A stretch of 64,000 bases of DNA from assembly GCF_004010195.1 (NCBI RefSeq), contig NC_057720.1, positions 25,216,282-25,280,281 of the forward strand, read 5' to 3'. Positions 1 to 12,812 of this stretch are shown in pieces; positions within the stretch are counted from its first letter, which is position 1, and every line of letters starts with the position of its first letter. Origin of the DNA: Chiloscyllium plagiosum (taxonomy: Eukaryota). The translations under genes and the position numbers were made by a program. The notes under the pieces were generated by a model, which was given only the letters and a program-made list of their open reading frames with translations, did not search any database and had not been told where the DNA came from.

Positions 1-376
1 CACGGGATGAATGCAGATTTCTCCAGCTTCCTCATTTCCCCTCCCCCCACCTTATCTCAGTCCCAACCCTTGGACTCAGCACCACTTTCCTGACCTGCAA
101 TCTTCCTCCCGACCTCTCTGCCCCCAGCCCCTCTCTGGCCTATCACCCTCATCTTAACCTTCTTCCACCTATCACGTTCCCAATGCCCCTCCCCCAAGTC
201 CCTCCTCCCTACCTTTTATCTTAGCCTGCTTGGCACACATTCCTCATTCCTGAAGAAGGGCTTATGCCCAAAACGTCGATTCTACTGCTCCTTGGATGCT
301 GCCTGACCTGCTGCGCTTTTCCAGCAACGCATTTTTCAGCTCTGATCTCCAGCATCTGCAGTCCTCACTTTCTCCT
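1..376 (+). mobile_element. Penelope-like element 3' end/pLTR with minimal hammerhead motif at about 250-277
   Basis: C/T-rich tract, then CTGAAGA-A-GGGC-TTAT-GCCC-AAAACGTC and GATGCTGCCTGACCTGCTG...CCAGCATCTGCAG, as in other copies in the window. Confidence 0.65.
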
Positions 377-1645
377 AGTAGGAGTCATGTGTTTGAATGG
401 TGCTGTCTCAGGTTTCTTGGTGAGTTGTTGCAGTGGATTTTGTGGATAGTACACACTGCCATCACTGTGCATTGATGGTGGATGAAGTACATGTTGAAGG
501 TATTACATGGGTTCCCAGTCAAGCAGGCTGCTTTGTTCTGGATGATGTCAAGCTTCTTGATTATTGCTGGAGTTGCACCTATCCAAGCAATTGGCGAGTA
601 TTCCATCATACTCCTGATTTGAACCTTGTAGATGGTGGACAAGGTTTGAGGGGTCAAGAAGTTACTTGCCACAGAATTATGAGCCTCTGACCCTTTCTTG
701 TAGTCACAGAATTTACATGGTTTGTCCAGTTCAGTTTTATATCCATGGTAATCACCAGGATTTTGTTAGTGGGAGAACTCAGTGATAGTAATTGCATTGA
801 ATGTCAAGGGGTGATGATTAGGTTCCCTCTTTTGAAAGATTCCGTTGTGTACACCTTTGTGTGTCACAGGTGTTTTCACCATTTCAGACCAAGCCTGAGT
901 ATTATTCCAGTCTTGCTGCATTTGGACATGGACAGCTTTAGTATTTGAAATCATGAGTGATGCTAAACATTGTTGCAATATCAGTTAACATTCCTATCTC
1001 TGATCTTGTGATGGATGGAAGGTCATTGATGAAACAGCTGAAGCTGGATGTACCTCGGACACTTGGAACTACTGCAGAGGTGAAATGATTAACCTCCAAC
1101 AATTACTAGTGACTTTCTTTGTGTTAAGTATTACTGCATTCAGCAGAGAGCTTTTTCCCCTCTGATTTTCATTTACTCTCCAGTTTTTCTAGGCGTCCTT
1201 GATGGCACACGTAAAGTCAAGTGTAGTCAGCCAATTTATCGTCTTGAGTTCAGCTCTTTTGCACATATTTGTACTGAGGCTGTGATAAAGTCAAGAGCCA
1301 AGTGGCCCCAAACTGAGCATTATTACTAAGCATGTGCTGCTTGATAGTGCTGTTAGTGATCCCTCCTGTCACTTTGATGATGATGGGACATTATCTGGTC
1401 AGACTGGATTTGTCCTGCATTTAGTGGACAGGGCATACCTGGAAATTTTCCACATTGCTTGGTAGATAGCAATGTTATAACTATATTGCAACATCTTGGC
1501 TAGGGACATAGCTAGTTCTGAAACACAAGTCTTCAGTATTGCCAAAATGTTGTCAAGACCCATAGCCTTTGTATTATCCAGTGTCTATAGCCATTTATAT
1601 TATGTGGAGTGAACTGATTTAGCTGAAGACTGACATTTGTGATAC
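377..1645 (-). mobile_element. Decayed LINE of family B (CR1/L2 group), RT and C-terminal part; continues at about 2520-2600
   Basis: Minus ORF LSTIYKVQIRSMMEYSPIAW...LDIIQNKAACL; homologous to 44900-45300 and 52600-52900. Confidence 0.8.
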
Positions 1646-1649
1646 GGAG

Positions 1650-2425
1650 GCTATATGCTTTGGTGGAGGGAATAGAGACATTGACCATTTTCTAAAGGGG
1701 GAAAGGCTTCAGAAATCTGAAGCAAGAATGGACCCAGGAGTCCAGTTCAGGATTCTTTTAGGTTAATGTGCAGGTTCAGTTGGCAGTTAGGAAGGCAAAT
1801 GCAATGTTAGCATTCATTTCAAGAGAACTAGAATGTAAGTGTAATGATGCACTGCTGTATGGGCTCTAGTTAGATAGCACTTGGAATATTGTTAGCAGTT
1901 TTGGCCTCCATATCTAAGGAAGGATGTGTTGGCTATTGAGGAAGTCTAGAGGAGGTTTACAAGAATGATCCTGTGGATGACAAACTTGTCTTATGAAGAG
2001 CAATTGAGGACTTTGAGCCTGTACTCAATGGAGTTAGAATGATGAAGTGGGGGAGGTCATTAAAACTTACAGAATACTGAGAGGCCTGGATAGAGTGGAC
2101 GTGGAGAAGATGTTTCCACTAGCAGGAGAGACTAGGACTCAACTATCACAGCCTCCATGAAGGGACAACCATTTAGACCTGCATTGAGGAGGAATTTATT
2201 CAGCCAGAAGGTGGTTAAACTGTGGAACTTATTGTCACAGAAGGTTGCGAAGGCCAAGTCATCGAGCGTATTTAAGACAAAGGTTCTTGATTGGTATGGA
2301 GAACAAGGGTTATGAGGAAAAGGTAGGAGAATGGGGTTGAAAATCCTATCAGCCATGATCGAATGGTGGAGCAGGCTTAGTAAGCCAAATGGTCTAATTC
2401 TGCTCCTATATCTTATGGACTTATG
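1650..2425 (+). mobile_element. CR1 LINE 3' fragment inserted in the family-B LINE
   Basis: Decayed ANAMLAFI.RG / LEYC.QFW / VV.LWN motifs and an ending tcctatatcttatggacttatg. Confidence 0.85.
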
Positions 2426-3428
2426 CACCAATGATCACTCTAATTTTCTTTGTGGTTGCATGCCCTCCAAGATCAATGCGTGGCAGCAACCTCCAGAACC
2501 ATCCTTCTGAGTGGAAACATTGCTGGGGACTAGTGGAGGAGGCTGAGATGGATTATCCGTGAGGAACTACTGACTGAAGATATGTTTCAGCCTTGTTTTT
2601 CTTTGGAGGCTAATTACCTCAGATTCAAGATATCAGTGCAGGAGTTTCTCAGGGCAACAGCTGAGAAAACAGTTTATCTTCAGCTTATCATCAATTCTTC
2701 CTTCATTCATAAGGTCAGAATTAGGACTGTTTTGATGTGTGCACATTATTCAGCTTCTGTCATAATGGTTCAAATAACAAAGCGGTTCATGAATCATGAC
2801 CTAGATGTTGCCCAGATTTGGCCTAGTAAGTGCTAGCTAACATTTGTACCATACAAATGCCACACAATTTCTATTATTAACAAAAGCAAAACCATGAGTT
2901 TCTGTTCAAAAGCATAAAATCACCCCATCATCGTATGCATCACAACATCAAATAAGGCTAATTAAGGCATTTATTCTTTATTTACCTTTGTCAATTGATT
3001 GCTTATATTACATACTATTTCAAGGTAAGTGTTCTGTACCTTTGGCCCTCCTTCTTTAGTCAGCTTTTTTCTTGAAATGAACCGTGATGTCCATATGATT
3101 TTGTCATTAAAACATCTCTTGCAGTAAATTTAGACTTCATACTGAGGCTTTCCCATGATGGAATAGCTAAAGTAGGTAACTATCCTTTGGGAAATCAAAA
3201 ATTCAATCCACAGTTTATCACTGTAGAGCAACATGAAAGAACTCCAATATCCTGTGATGCCTGAATTGCTTTCTTTTTAATTTGAAGGATGTGAAAGTGT
3301 TATTTCTAAAATGAATTGTTCTTTTTGTTAATTATTTGAAAATCCAGTATGAAAAAGTTAGGTGAGCTTCGCACATTTTGTCATGTGCTAATATATTACT
3401 TTTCTGTCTCTCACAATAAAATGAAAAG

Positions 3429-3568
3429 CCCACAAGGGATTTCAGAAGTTTGAAGCAGTAGAGTTCAATACTGCTGAGAAATCGGGTGATTCCTCAAGTC
3501 CGGGCATGAGTGGAAAGAGTATGATCCCCCGGCAGCGATTCCTCATAATTGACATCATTGATAAAAAG
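3429..3568 (+). CDS. SZT2: SZT2 internal coding exon (..HKGFQKFEAVEF...MIPRQRFLIIDIIDKK); 5' boundary uncertain
   Basis: Ends AAG|GTATCC at 3568 in phase 0 and joins the next exon (LTLYTYNW). PRQRFL..D..DKK resembles SZT2. In-frame TGA at 3422 limits the acceptor to an AG at 3428, 3436 or 3445. Confidence 0.8.
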
Positions 3569-3777
3569 GTATCCAAATAAGAACCTCATTAAGTTACTTT
3601 GCTATTATGATATGATTATGTTGAGGGAATTCCTTCTGTTGATTAAATTTCCTAAAAATACAACTACAAGTATGAAGTAGGATTTCTTGTTTGATACTTA
3701 CACCAATATTTTTCATTAAATTATTGACAATAGGAATTTTATTCTGCAGTTCTAAATATGGGAAGTATTACCTTTGT

Positions 3778-3945
3778 ACTGAAAACAACAAATACTAAAG
3801 ACCACAATAGGCTAGGCAGCATCCGTGGAGAGAAGAAAGCTAAACGTTAGCTTGCTCTCTCTCCATAGATGTTGCCCAACCCACTATGATCTCCAGCTTT
3901 TGATGTTTTCACTACAGATTGCAGCATCTGCAATAATTTGCTCCT
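3778..3945. repeat. Penelope-derived palindrome (fold-back)
   Basis: GGCAGCATCCGTGGAGAGA...AGCTAAACGTTAGCT...TCTCTCCATAGATGTTGCC inverted arms. Confidence 0.75.
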
Positions 3946-4251
3946 ACATTACCCTTTGTAATTTGCATTAAAGCTAACATACTTTTCAGTTTAATTATCA
4001 TGAAAATAACAACAGCATGGACGTACTAATTTCATCAATATATGTAAAAAGAAAAGACAATTTTATATTTTAGGCAGAAGTCTTTACCTAGAAAGAAAAT
4101 TTGTTCTTTTACCTCTTACCATGCAAGTAGTCCAGTCTTTTTCTCTGAATGTTTTTATTCATCTGCTTGCTCCTCTTTTGAAAATCTACTCCCTTTATTC
4201 AATGTGCACTGTTTTTCTTTTTGTGTGCTGATGTACTCTCATTTTTTCCAG

Positions 4252-4434
4252 CTGACACTTTATACCTATAACTGGTCAGTGGATCTGGGAGTTTCATTGA
4301 ATCGAGGATTGATTCGCCTTATTCAGTGGCAAAATGCACGCTCTCATGTGGTACACTGCCTCCTCAGTCAAAAGATGGGTCTCTTCCATCATTACTGTTT
4401 TGCTGACACACCTGTATATGATGACTCTAAACAG
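4252..4434 (+). CDS. SZT2: SZT2 exon, 183 nt ([13 protein letters not shown]...[24 protein letters not shown]...DDSKQ)
   Basis: ttttttccag| acceptor, CAG|GTAAGG donor, phase 0/0. Matches the remembered SZT2 motif YNW..DLG...QWQNAR.H...CLLSQK.GLFHHY. Confidence 0.95.
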
Positions 4435-4944
4435 GTAAGGGACTTCACTATCATTGTATCCCAATACAAAATGTCAGTTTTCAAATTAGGAAATCACGTT
4501 CATCATGTGTAAACATGCTGCCATCATCTATAAAGATGAGTTACGCTTTCTGTATTGAAAATAAAGGAAATAATTCTGTTGAGTTATAACGGCAGAACGA
4601 GGTATGAATGCCTTATCAGTGAATGTCAGGAGTGTAAAAATGTTGTTTGATGAGCACTTAAATAAAAGGTGTTTAAGTGAACACCTGGAATCAATGTAAG
4701 ATGGAAAACTATAAAATACAAAAAAGGATGCCAAAGCCTGATTTCTGATTTGATTGCTGTGGGACCTGGAATTGTTTGTTCAAAATTTGAACGAACTGAA
4801 TAGTGCCCTGTTTTTTCAAGACTGTATCACTTGAGTAGTAGAAATAGCGCAAAAAAAATCACTAAACTTAAAAGACTCCAAAATGTAGCAGGAATTAAAG
4901 TTAAGATTTTTTTGTGGCATGACTAAAACTGAGAGTAAAAAGGA

Positions 4945-5260
4945 ACTGTTATCAGGATGTCCTAAAGTTACATGACAGCCAATTATTTAGTTTTGAACAG
5001 CAGTCACTGTTACTTTGTGGGCAATACCAGCAGACAATGTGCAAAAAACAAGATCCCATAAGCTGTAAATGATCATTAATTGGTTCTAATGATGTTGCCT
5101 AAGGGAAGAATGTTAGCCAGAAGAATTACTAGTGCAATGGAATCTGCATCTAATTCTAAATCAAATGAATAAATCAATCTCAGCACTGCATAGAAGCCTA
5201 TGTTCCAATTATACATTCAGATCCTTGATAGAACATGACTGAGACTCAGTAACGAGATTA
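4945..5260 (-). mobile_element. Old SacSINE1/AmnSINE1-like (Deu-domain) SINE
   Basis: CAGTCACTGTT...CAAGATCCCA...TGATGTTG..TAAGGGA..AATGTTAGCCAG resembles the reverse complement of the Deu-SINE body and tail as remembered. Confidence 0.55.
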
Positions 5261-5694
5261 CAATCAACTGCAACATGAAAATGCCTATCCGTTTCAATGT
5301 TTGACTGTTTTTTCAGCTGAATGTCTCAGTTTCAGCACGAACTGGCATTAATTTTACACACTGACCTATGGATGTGGAAGCAATAAGTTTGGATATGTTA
5401 GGTGCCATAATTGCATCATTTGGAAGTAGATGAGGCGCAGATGGGTACCAGTGAAATGCTTGGATTACTGTTATTAAGATGCATTTGGTCTTTGGAATGT
5501 TCATTACTGAAAACTTGCAGTTTTATAACATTGCCATTCCTGTGTTTTAGCACAGGTAAATGATGTACTTTAAAATAGCACTTTGTATAAATCTCAGATC
5601 TGTTACTGTGTTCTACTTTTCATTTAGTTTCTGCCTTACATTTGGAAAATAAATGAAATCATGAAATAGTCCCTGTTGGGGAACGGAATTTGTT

Positions 5695-5862
5695 TTTCTT
5701 TATTCATTCATGGGATGAAGGCATCACTGGATAGGCCAGTATTTATTGCCCATCCCTAATTGCTCAGAGAGCATTTAACAGTCAACCACATTGCTATGTG
5801 TCGGGAGTCACATGTCGGCCAGACCAGGTGTGGGCAGCAGTTTCCTTCCCTAAAGGACATTA
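5695..5862 (-). mobile_element. Family-B SINE 3' half
   Basis: ATTTATTGCCCATCCCTAATTGC...AGTCAACCACATTGCT...TTTCCTTCCCTAAAGGACATTAG is the reverse complement of 60190-60360. Confidence 0.8.
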
Positions 5863-7031
5863 GGTCGGAAAATTGAAACATGATGATGAGTTAATTTGCA
5901 TGACTTAATTCTATTAAGTTATTCATATCTCTCAAGTTACAGTAAACTCCTATGAACTGAGTCTGTAACAAAGTGCTGGAACAGATGGCATGCCTTTTGA
6001 AGCATGTAACTTTGATATTAATTTAATAATATGTTGTACAAAGGAGCGGTGTTGCTTTATGAAATTGTTCAGAATTCTGCAGGTATTTGCCCTGAAGGAG
6101 ATGGCAGGGCAACTGAGCGTGCTGATGACTGACATTGCTGTGCATAGGAGCTTCATGTTTTGAGCAATGTGACATTAACTTGTCATGGCAACCAGCTGTT
6201 GGGTGCTGTCAGCATACATTAGGGACGGTCTCTGATCGTTGACAGGTAAACAGAAAGAATGCTTGCCATAGTGACCACCTGTTGAGAAATGGTGCATATT
6301 GGGGCACAGTGTACAGTAACAAGGCCCACTAACAATATCTTGCCAGTCTGTAACATTTTGTAGCAGACCACCCAGTAAATAAATGCAACAGATCATAAAT
6401 GCAGTAACTTTTTGTGAGACTTTTATAATTTTTATTGTGCATGGAGTCAACAAATCTTTTTTTCACCTCAAATTCATAACACCTTTATTTTGTAGTGCTA
6501 GCCAGTCTATTACTGACATATAATTAACTTAACATTATTTGAGTGAACTGGCCGTTTATCTATCAAGAATTCAGACAACTCATGTTTCTTGTATTTTTGG
6601 TACAAAGTTGTCCTGTATCCATCACAATCAAAGGAGGAGGATGTTTATAATTCCTTGATTACTACTGAATTGTAACTAGGCTGAGTTAACAGGTGAGAAC
6701 CAGATTTTCAGATTCTGATGCCAGAATCAATATGCGATTTTTTTTTGCTTAAGGATAATTCCTTGGATGTATTTTGTTTCCCTCACTGGGGTAGTGGGCT
6801 TGAAAGCAAGCCTTACTAATCGTGGAATCATCACAAAAGGTTTTTTTTAATTATCAAAGAATGCGAAATTCCAATACGTCTGACTGACAGACTTAGGCTG
6901 AAACATGGACCAGGTTTCTGTATTTTTAAAAAAAAAACTAATATTTAGTACAAGTAAATAGATTCTAGCCACAGTAAACTGTCATGAACTATTGACATCT
7001 AACTCTACTACTGTACTTTAAACCCACCCCC

Positions 7032-7033
<2 letters not shown>

Positions 7034-7066
<33 letters not shown>
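7034..7066. repeat. (AC)n microsatellite
   Basis: About 16 AC units. Confidence 0.95.
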
Positions 7067-7069
<3 letters not shown>

Positions 7070-7394
7070 CAACCCTCCACTCCCCCATAAAAAACACATT
7101 GATGTTATGGATGGAGATTGAAACAAAGAACCAGGGAAACAGTTCAATGGCTCCAGTCTTCAAGATTTGATGGAGAACTTTCTTTTGTTTCCCAAGTCCT
7201 TTAGTTCTCCGAGCTTTGTGTTTGAATTCTTTTACAACTTCACAGGAGGTACAGTGGTTCACAGATTACAAAGTCGCTGACTTAATGGTTAAAATCTTCA
7301 GCCTACAGCAATTAAAACCAGAAAACAAATCTGGAAATCTGAAACAAAGGAAGAAATAGCTGGAGAAACTCAGGAAGCCTAGTAGTATCTGTGG

Positions 7395-7685
7395 ACTGCT
7401 GCCTCACAGCGCCTGAGACCCGGGTTCAATTCCCGCCTCAGGCGACTGACTGTGTGGAGTTTGCACGTTCTCCCCGTGTCTGCGTGGGTTTCCTCCGGGT
7501 GCTCCGGTTTCCTCCCATAGTCCAAAGATGTGCAAGTCAGGTGAATTGGCCATGCTAAATTGCCCATAGTGTTAGGTAAGGGGTAAATGTAGGGGTATGG
7601 GTGGGTTGCGCTTCGGCGGGTCAGTGTGGACTTGTTGGGCCGAAGGGCCGGTTTCCACACTGTAATGTAATCTAATCTAATCTAA
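7395..7685 (+). mobile_element. HE1-type V-SINE, 5'-truncated, young; nested in a Penelope-derived palindrome (about 7320-7840)
   Basis: B box GGTTCAATTCC, V domain GTGGAGTTTGCA..TTCTCCCCGTGTCTGCGTGGGTTTCCTCCGGGTGCTCCGGTTTCCTCCCA, (TAATC)n tail. Confidence 0.9.
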
Positions 7686-8239
7686 AGCAGGGTTAATGCT
7701 TTGAGTAAAGTGATCCTCCTTCATAAGTGCAACTACAACTCCAATTGTGAAGAAGAGTCACTGAACTCAAAACATTAATGCTGCTTTCTCTCCACAGATG
7801 CTGCCAGACCTCCTGAGTTCCTCATGCACTTTGTTTTTGTAGATTGAAACTTTGAAAGATAAACTTCCCCAAAAGTATTTTCTTAAAATAGAAGCTCACT
7901 ATGACTAACAGTCACTTAAACAATGCATCTCACAAGTTACACCAAACTTATGTAATTGTCAGTGCTGACTATTTGTATTATGCTGTCAGTATCTGCACAT
8001 GGACCTTAACATTTTTGAAGTAACACAGTTACTAGATTATGTGTGGGACTGTTCAATGGCTAACTATCCCTTAATCTGCCTGGGCTATAAGTTCTGGAAT
8101 TTCTACAGTAAACCTTTCTACGTTTTCTTTTCTCTTTTGGAAGACTCCTCAAAATCCTCCTAATTGACTAAGCTTTTGGTTACCTTCTTCAATGTCTCCT
8201 TTTCTTGCTCCATGTCAAATTTTATTTGATAACTCCTAT

Positions 8240-10912
8240 TCGGAGTAGTGTACCAGCTGTCTTGCTTTAGTCATGTGACCTCTATGCTTGTAAATATTTG
8301 CACTCCAATCTATGGCAGTCATTAAATACATTGTAAGGTACAGGGTGTAAGGAGTGTCCAGATGAAATTGTGTGCACTTTCTGAGCTGTAAGAGAGCCAG
8401 CTATTGTAACAAAGCAGCAAGGAAGAATTAAGCAGTGGCGTACATTTTTGAAGTGAAGGGTGAGTCAGAATGTCTATAAATTTTCTACTCCCTTCTGCTG
8501 TTGAAAAAGATGCAAGATAAAATTGGATTCATGTGCAAAACTCTGAAATAACTACACAATTAAAGAAAAGATTGACAAAATAAGAGCATATAACTCTATT
8601 AGTAGGGTTCTTTATGCATAGTGGTAATGTCCCTACATCAGAAGCAGAAGGTCTAGGTTCAATTCCCACCTGCTCCAGAGATATGTAATAACACGTCTGA
8701 ACAGTTTGTTCAATATTATCTATATCTCTATCAGTAGTTGTCCTGTAATCGGTGCTGGAGAAAGAATGCTATACACTATGTTGCAGTCTAGACCTAACTG
8801 ATGAGAGACAGTGATGGGATGGGAGAATTTGAAGGTTGTGAAGACACAATTCATGTGCTGTATTAGTATGCCTTATGAACACGTGTTCAATATCAGAGCT
8901 CAGGGAGATTGACCAATATATGATAACACTGACACATCTAGTTGAATCATGAGAGTTTGGAGAACTGAAAGGTGACCTGAGCAGACATGGGATTGTCTGT
9001 GGCATGAGAGATCCACCATGACAGCACATCTGCTCTGATGAGAAAGCTACCTCACGAAAGCTATCAATGTGTGCAGAAACCTTGAGGTTGTCTGTAGTGG
9101 CGAGAGTGTATTAATGGGTGATAGGTGAGGCTTGAATTATACTGCATCTGGCCAAACAAAAACAAATGAAGAAAAAAGGAAGAAATGTTCACAGACGCGG
9201 AGTAAAAAGGTGAAAGGTATGAGGCAGATTGTAAACATTGAAGAGGAAATTGTACAAAAGAAAAGAAAACACATCCAAGTGGAGAAAAAGTGCTCAAACT
9301 GGAAGAAGCTCAATCGCTTTGTAAGTGTTTAACTTGAAAGAAACAAAGTAAGCTGATAAGGATAGCTGCTGGAGAGATGTCAGCTGAATCACTCCGCACA
9401 ACACAGCAGATGAGCATTGAGAAATGGTTTGTGACTATTGGAATGATAACTGCAGAAGAACAATGTCAAGCCAATCTGAAGTGTCACCAATAGAGACTGA
9501 TGATTTGTGCAACATCATGAGCTTCGTAAACTTTTGCAAAGTGACTCAAGATGTTAACCAAACATTAAGCCTTGCAGGTAAGGTTAAAACTTTGTTGGAT
9601 CAAAATGCATTACAAGAGAACAAATAAAGCTGAGACAACAATGTAATGAGAAAAATGAAGATACAGAGTTCTGGACAATAGGTGTTAAGCTTAAAAAGTA
9701 CTCATCCCAGCTGATGCAAGGCTAAAGCTTAGACTAGTAAGCTTGCAGATACCAGTACAGAAATGCAGCATTTGTTGCAAGGCACTAAACCTTTGATTGC
9801 TAAACAGATCTTAGAAAATCTGTACAGTTTAGAAGGTACACTGCAGAAATTTACCAACACTCTTGAAACAAGACCTTTCAAACCCATGATGACCACCACC
9901 TGGAAGGATAAGAGCAGCAGACAAACAGGAACACCATCATCTGTAAGTTCTTCTTAAAGCCACTTAACATGCTGACTTGGAAATATTGCCAAGGGGCAGC
10001 TCACCACCTTCTCAAGGACAACTGGAGATAGGCAATAAATGTTTTCTCAGCCAGTGGTGCTTACATCTCATGAATAAATAAACATTGGTGACAGACAAAA
10101 TCGAAGTGAAATGACAAAACCAGATCTCAATTTGATTAGGATTGCCCAAGCATTGCTGGAGGTGCTGGACTCGAAACATCAGCTCTTTTCTCTCCTTACA
10201 GATGCTGCCAGACCTGCTGAGATTTTCCAGCATTTTCTCTTTTGATTGCTGGAGGTGAGCTTTGGAAAACCAGTCGGAGTGCAGACATTCAATGATCTCA
10301 ACAAGAGTTAGCCCAAATGACAGACTGGGACCTGTGTAAAGCAATTGTCACTTCAATAATATGTGATGAATTAAATGACCAGATATATCTTTGCCATGAC
10401 AGACAAACACATACAACCAGAGAAGCTCCCCCTTCAATGTAGGGAATTGACCAGGAAGATGTGATCTCACCCTTGACACAATATGCACAATGACCATTAG
10501 TTCTGAGGTCCACCATTCTCCAATTAAGGGACCAGCACCAGCGTAGCATCTTCATTGGGAAGGAAGCTGTTTGGAACACAGACATGAGCAGATACAAGAT
10601 GATCAACCAACAACATGTTCTCAGCAGACCTGCATAGTGTATTATTTTGGTGTGCATTTGCAGCAATCTATGAAAGTTGACTGGAATTTACACACATTTT
10701 TGTTAATGAATGAGAATTTTCTGTGTTAACCATGTGCACTTGGGAACTTGCAACTGCATATAGTACACGCTGTTTTTAATGAAAAAGGAGAGATTTGGAG
10801 AAATGCGTTTAAGTATACCAGCTGGCTCGTCATAGTCATGTGATGTCTGTCTTTATTGTATGTGTTTTTGCTGTGACTGTTGCAGCTGATAAATATGTTG
10901 CAAGAAACAATA
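8240..10912 (+). mobile_element. Possible highly decayed LTR-retrotransposon remnant
   Basis: Imperfect direct repeats TACCAGCTG..TAGTCATGTGA..TAAATA at about 8251 and 10816; purine tract GAAAAAGGAGAGA before the second; TGGCG after the first. Confidence 0.35.
9860..10082 (+). mobile_element. Family-B LINE 3' end
   Basis: GGCAGCTCACCACCTTCTCAAGG.CAACT...GGCAATAAATG...CACATCTCATGAATAAA-like tail. Confidence 0.7.
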
Positions 10913-11454
10913 TCTGTGAAATACCCTTAGATTGTATTACTATATTGAAGCTGCTGTTTAAATCTAGTTGTTGGTGGGGATGAGGAAGGCAAGCAGTGAG
11001 ATCTTGGTTGGAGAGGATGTTTGCCGTTCTTTTTTCATGTCTACACTTTGAATAGATTGTTGTTTGTTCGTATGACTTACTGGTTCTTGGGTATGCAAAA
11101 CCTGTATCAACATTGTATTCAAAGGTCTCTTAAGGGATAATAAATGCACAGATGGTTGGCCATTTTCTGGTTCACCTGACTAAACGGTGTACACAAGTCA
11201 TCAACAGATATTAAATTGGAGTCATTCCTATTAGGTTTTGTTGATAGAGAACATGTAATCATGGTGCATAATCTAGGCTATGAGTGGGAGGAATTGGTTA
11301 CTATTGTAGTAGCTTATATGTGCCACAGAGCAGAGGCTCACCCAAAATCAGGTATGTAGGCCTTAGGGCGGGGATCTGGTTTCCAAAGTTAAAGCTTCTG
11401 TCTTGCCTTAAGAGTCGGCTCTTGCATTGCCTATTGATCAATGACAGGCCACTT

Positions 11455-11695
11455 AGAGTCATAGAGATGTACGGCATGGAAACAGACTCTTCGGTCCAAC
11501 CCGTCCATGCCGACCAGATATCCTAACCCAATCTAGTCCCACCTGCCAGCACCCGGCCCATATGCCTCCACCACTTCCTCTGGCAGCTCATTCCATACAC
11601 GTATCACCCTCTGTGTGAAAAGGTTGCCCCTTAGATCTCTTTTATATCTTTCCCCTCTCACCCTAAATCTATGCCCTGTAGTTCTGGACTCCCGA
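11455..11695 (-). mobile_element. CR1 LINE 3' end (young subfamily)
   Basis: TAGAGTCATAGAGATGTACGGCATGGAAACAGAC...; near-identical to 61179-61460. Confidence 0.88.
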
Positions 11696-12255
11696 CCTCT
11701 TGTTCAGCGGCGTTTGGGTAAGTGCTGGGTGGAGGAGGATGGAAAACTGAAGAAAGTGACTGTGCCTTTCAGCTGTACAAAAAACAATTTACGAATTTAA
11801 ATATAATCTTTTGATGTCAATCTCTTTCTATACTGTATCTATGCCACAAAACTTGAGTGCAGCTGAGAGATGCCCTAATTTGCCTGAAAGTAACTGATGC
11901 AAGGGTCTAATAAATATTGTTCATAGAATAGTTCATATTGCATCACTAGACTCCACGAGAGACAATTATGCTTTCAATTTTCGGCAACCATATCATTCAT
12001 GAAGTGAAATGTATGTGTTAAAAAGGCATTCTTTTGGCTTTTATGTTCAGACTTCCATTCAGTAGAAGCCATGAATATTACTGCTCATCCATTTAACTAT
12101 TTTTAATTTACACAACTTGTATATAATTGGAACAAGAGAAGGAATGCCAAAAGGAATAGTATGATATCATAATGCAATTTGAATTTTCAGACATAGAGCC
12201 AGTGACCCAAGTTCAAATACAGCCTGGAGTGACTCCCTGTGTAGAGTTTGCATGT

Positions 12256-12572
12256 TAGAATCATATAATCCCTATAGTGTGGAAACAGGTCCTTCGGCCC
12301 AACAAGTACAAACTGACACTCCGAAGAGTAACCATCCCAGAATCATTCCCTCAACCTATCTTTACTCCTGATTAATGCACCTAACCTACACACACCTGAA
12401 TACTATGGGAAATTTAGCATGGCCACTTCACTTAACCTGCACATCTTTGTACTGTGGGAGGAAACCCACACTGACACAGGGAGAATGTGCAAACTCCACA
12501 CAGTCGCCCGAGATTGGAATTGAACCCAGGTCCCTGGTGCTGTGAGGCAGCAATGCTAACCACTGTGCCTCC
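12256..12572 (-). mobile_element. HE1-type V-SINE
   Basis: Reverse complement of tRNA head, V domain and tail. Confidence 0.85.
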
Positions 12573-12593
12573 CCTATTCTCGCTGTACCTGTA

Positions 12594-12812
12594 TGGGTTC
12601 CTCCCACAGTCCAAAGATGTGCAAGTTCTCTGAATTGGCCATACTAAATTGTCCTGTCGTGTCCAGGGATATGTCGTTTAGGTGGATTAGCCATGGTAAA
12701 TTCAGGGTGGGGTGGGGGGGTGTGGGTCTGGGTGGGATGCTCTTCAGAGTGTCATTGCAGACACAATGGGCCAAATGGCCTGTATCCGCACTGAAGGGAT
12801 TCTGTGATTCTA
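12594..12812 (+). mobile_element. HE1-type V-SINE, 5'-truncated, divergent from the previous copy
   Basis: CCTCCCACAGTCCAAAGATGTGCA...GAATTGGCCATACTAAATTG...GGGCCAAATGGCCTG. Confidence 0.8.

Noticed and set aside
2980..3030. Perfect donor-like AAG|GTAAGT at about 3024
   Set aside because: No convincing upstream acceptor or SZT2-like open frame.
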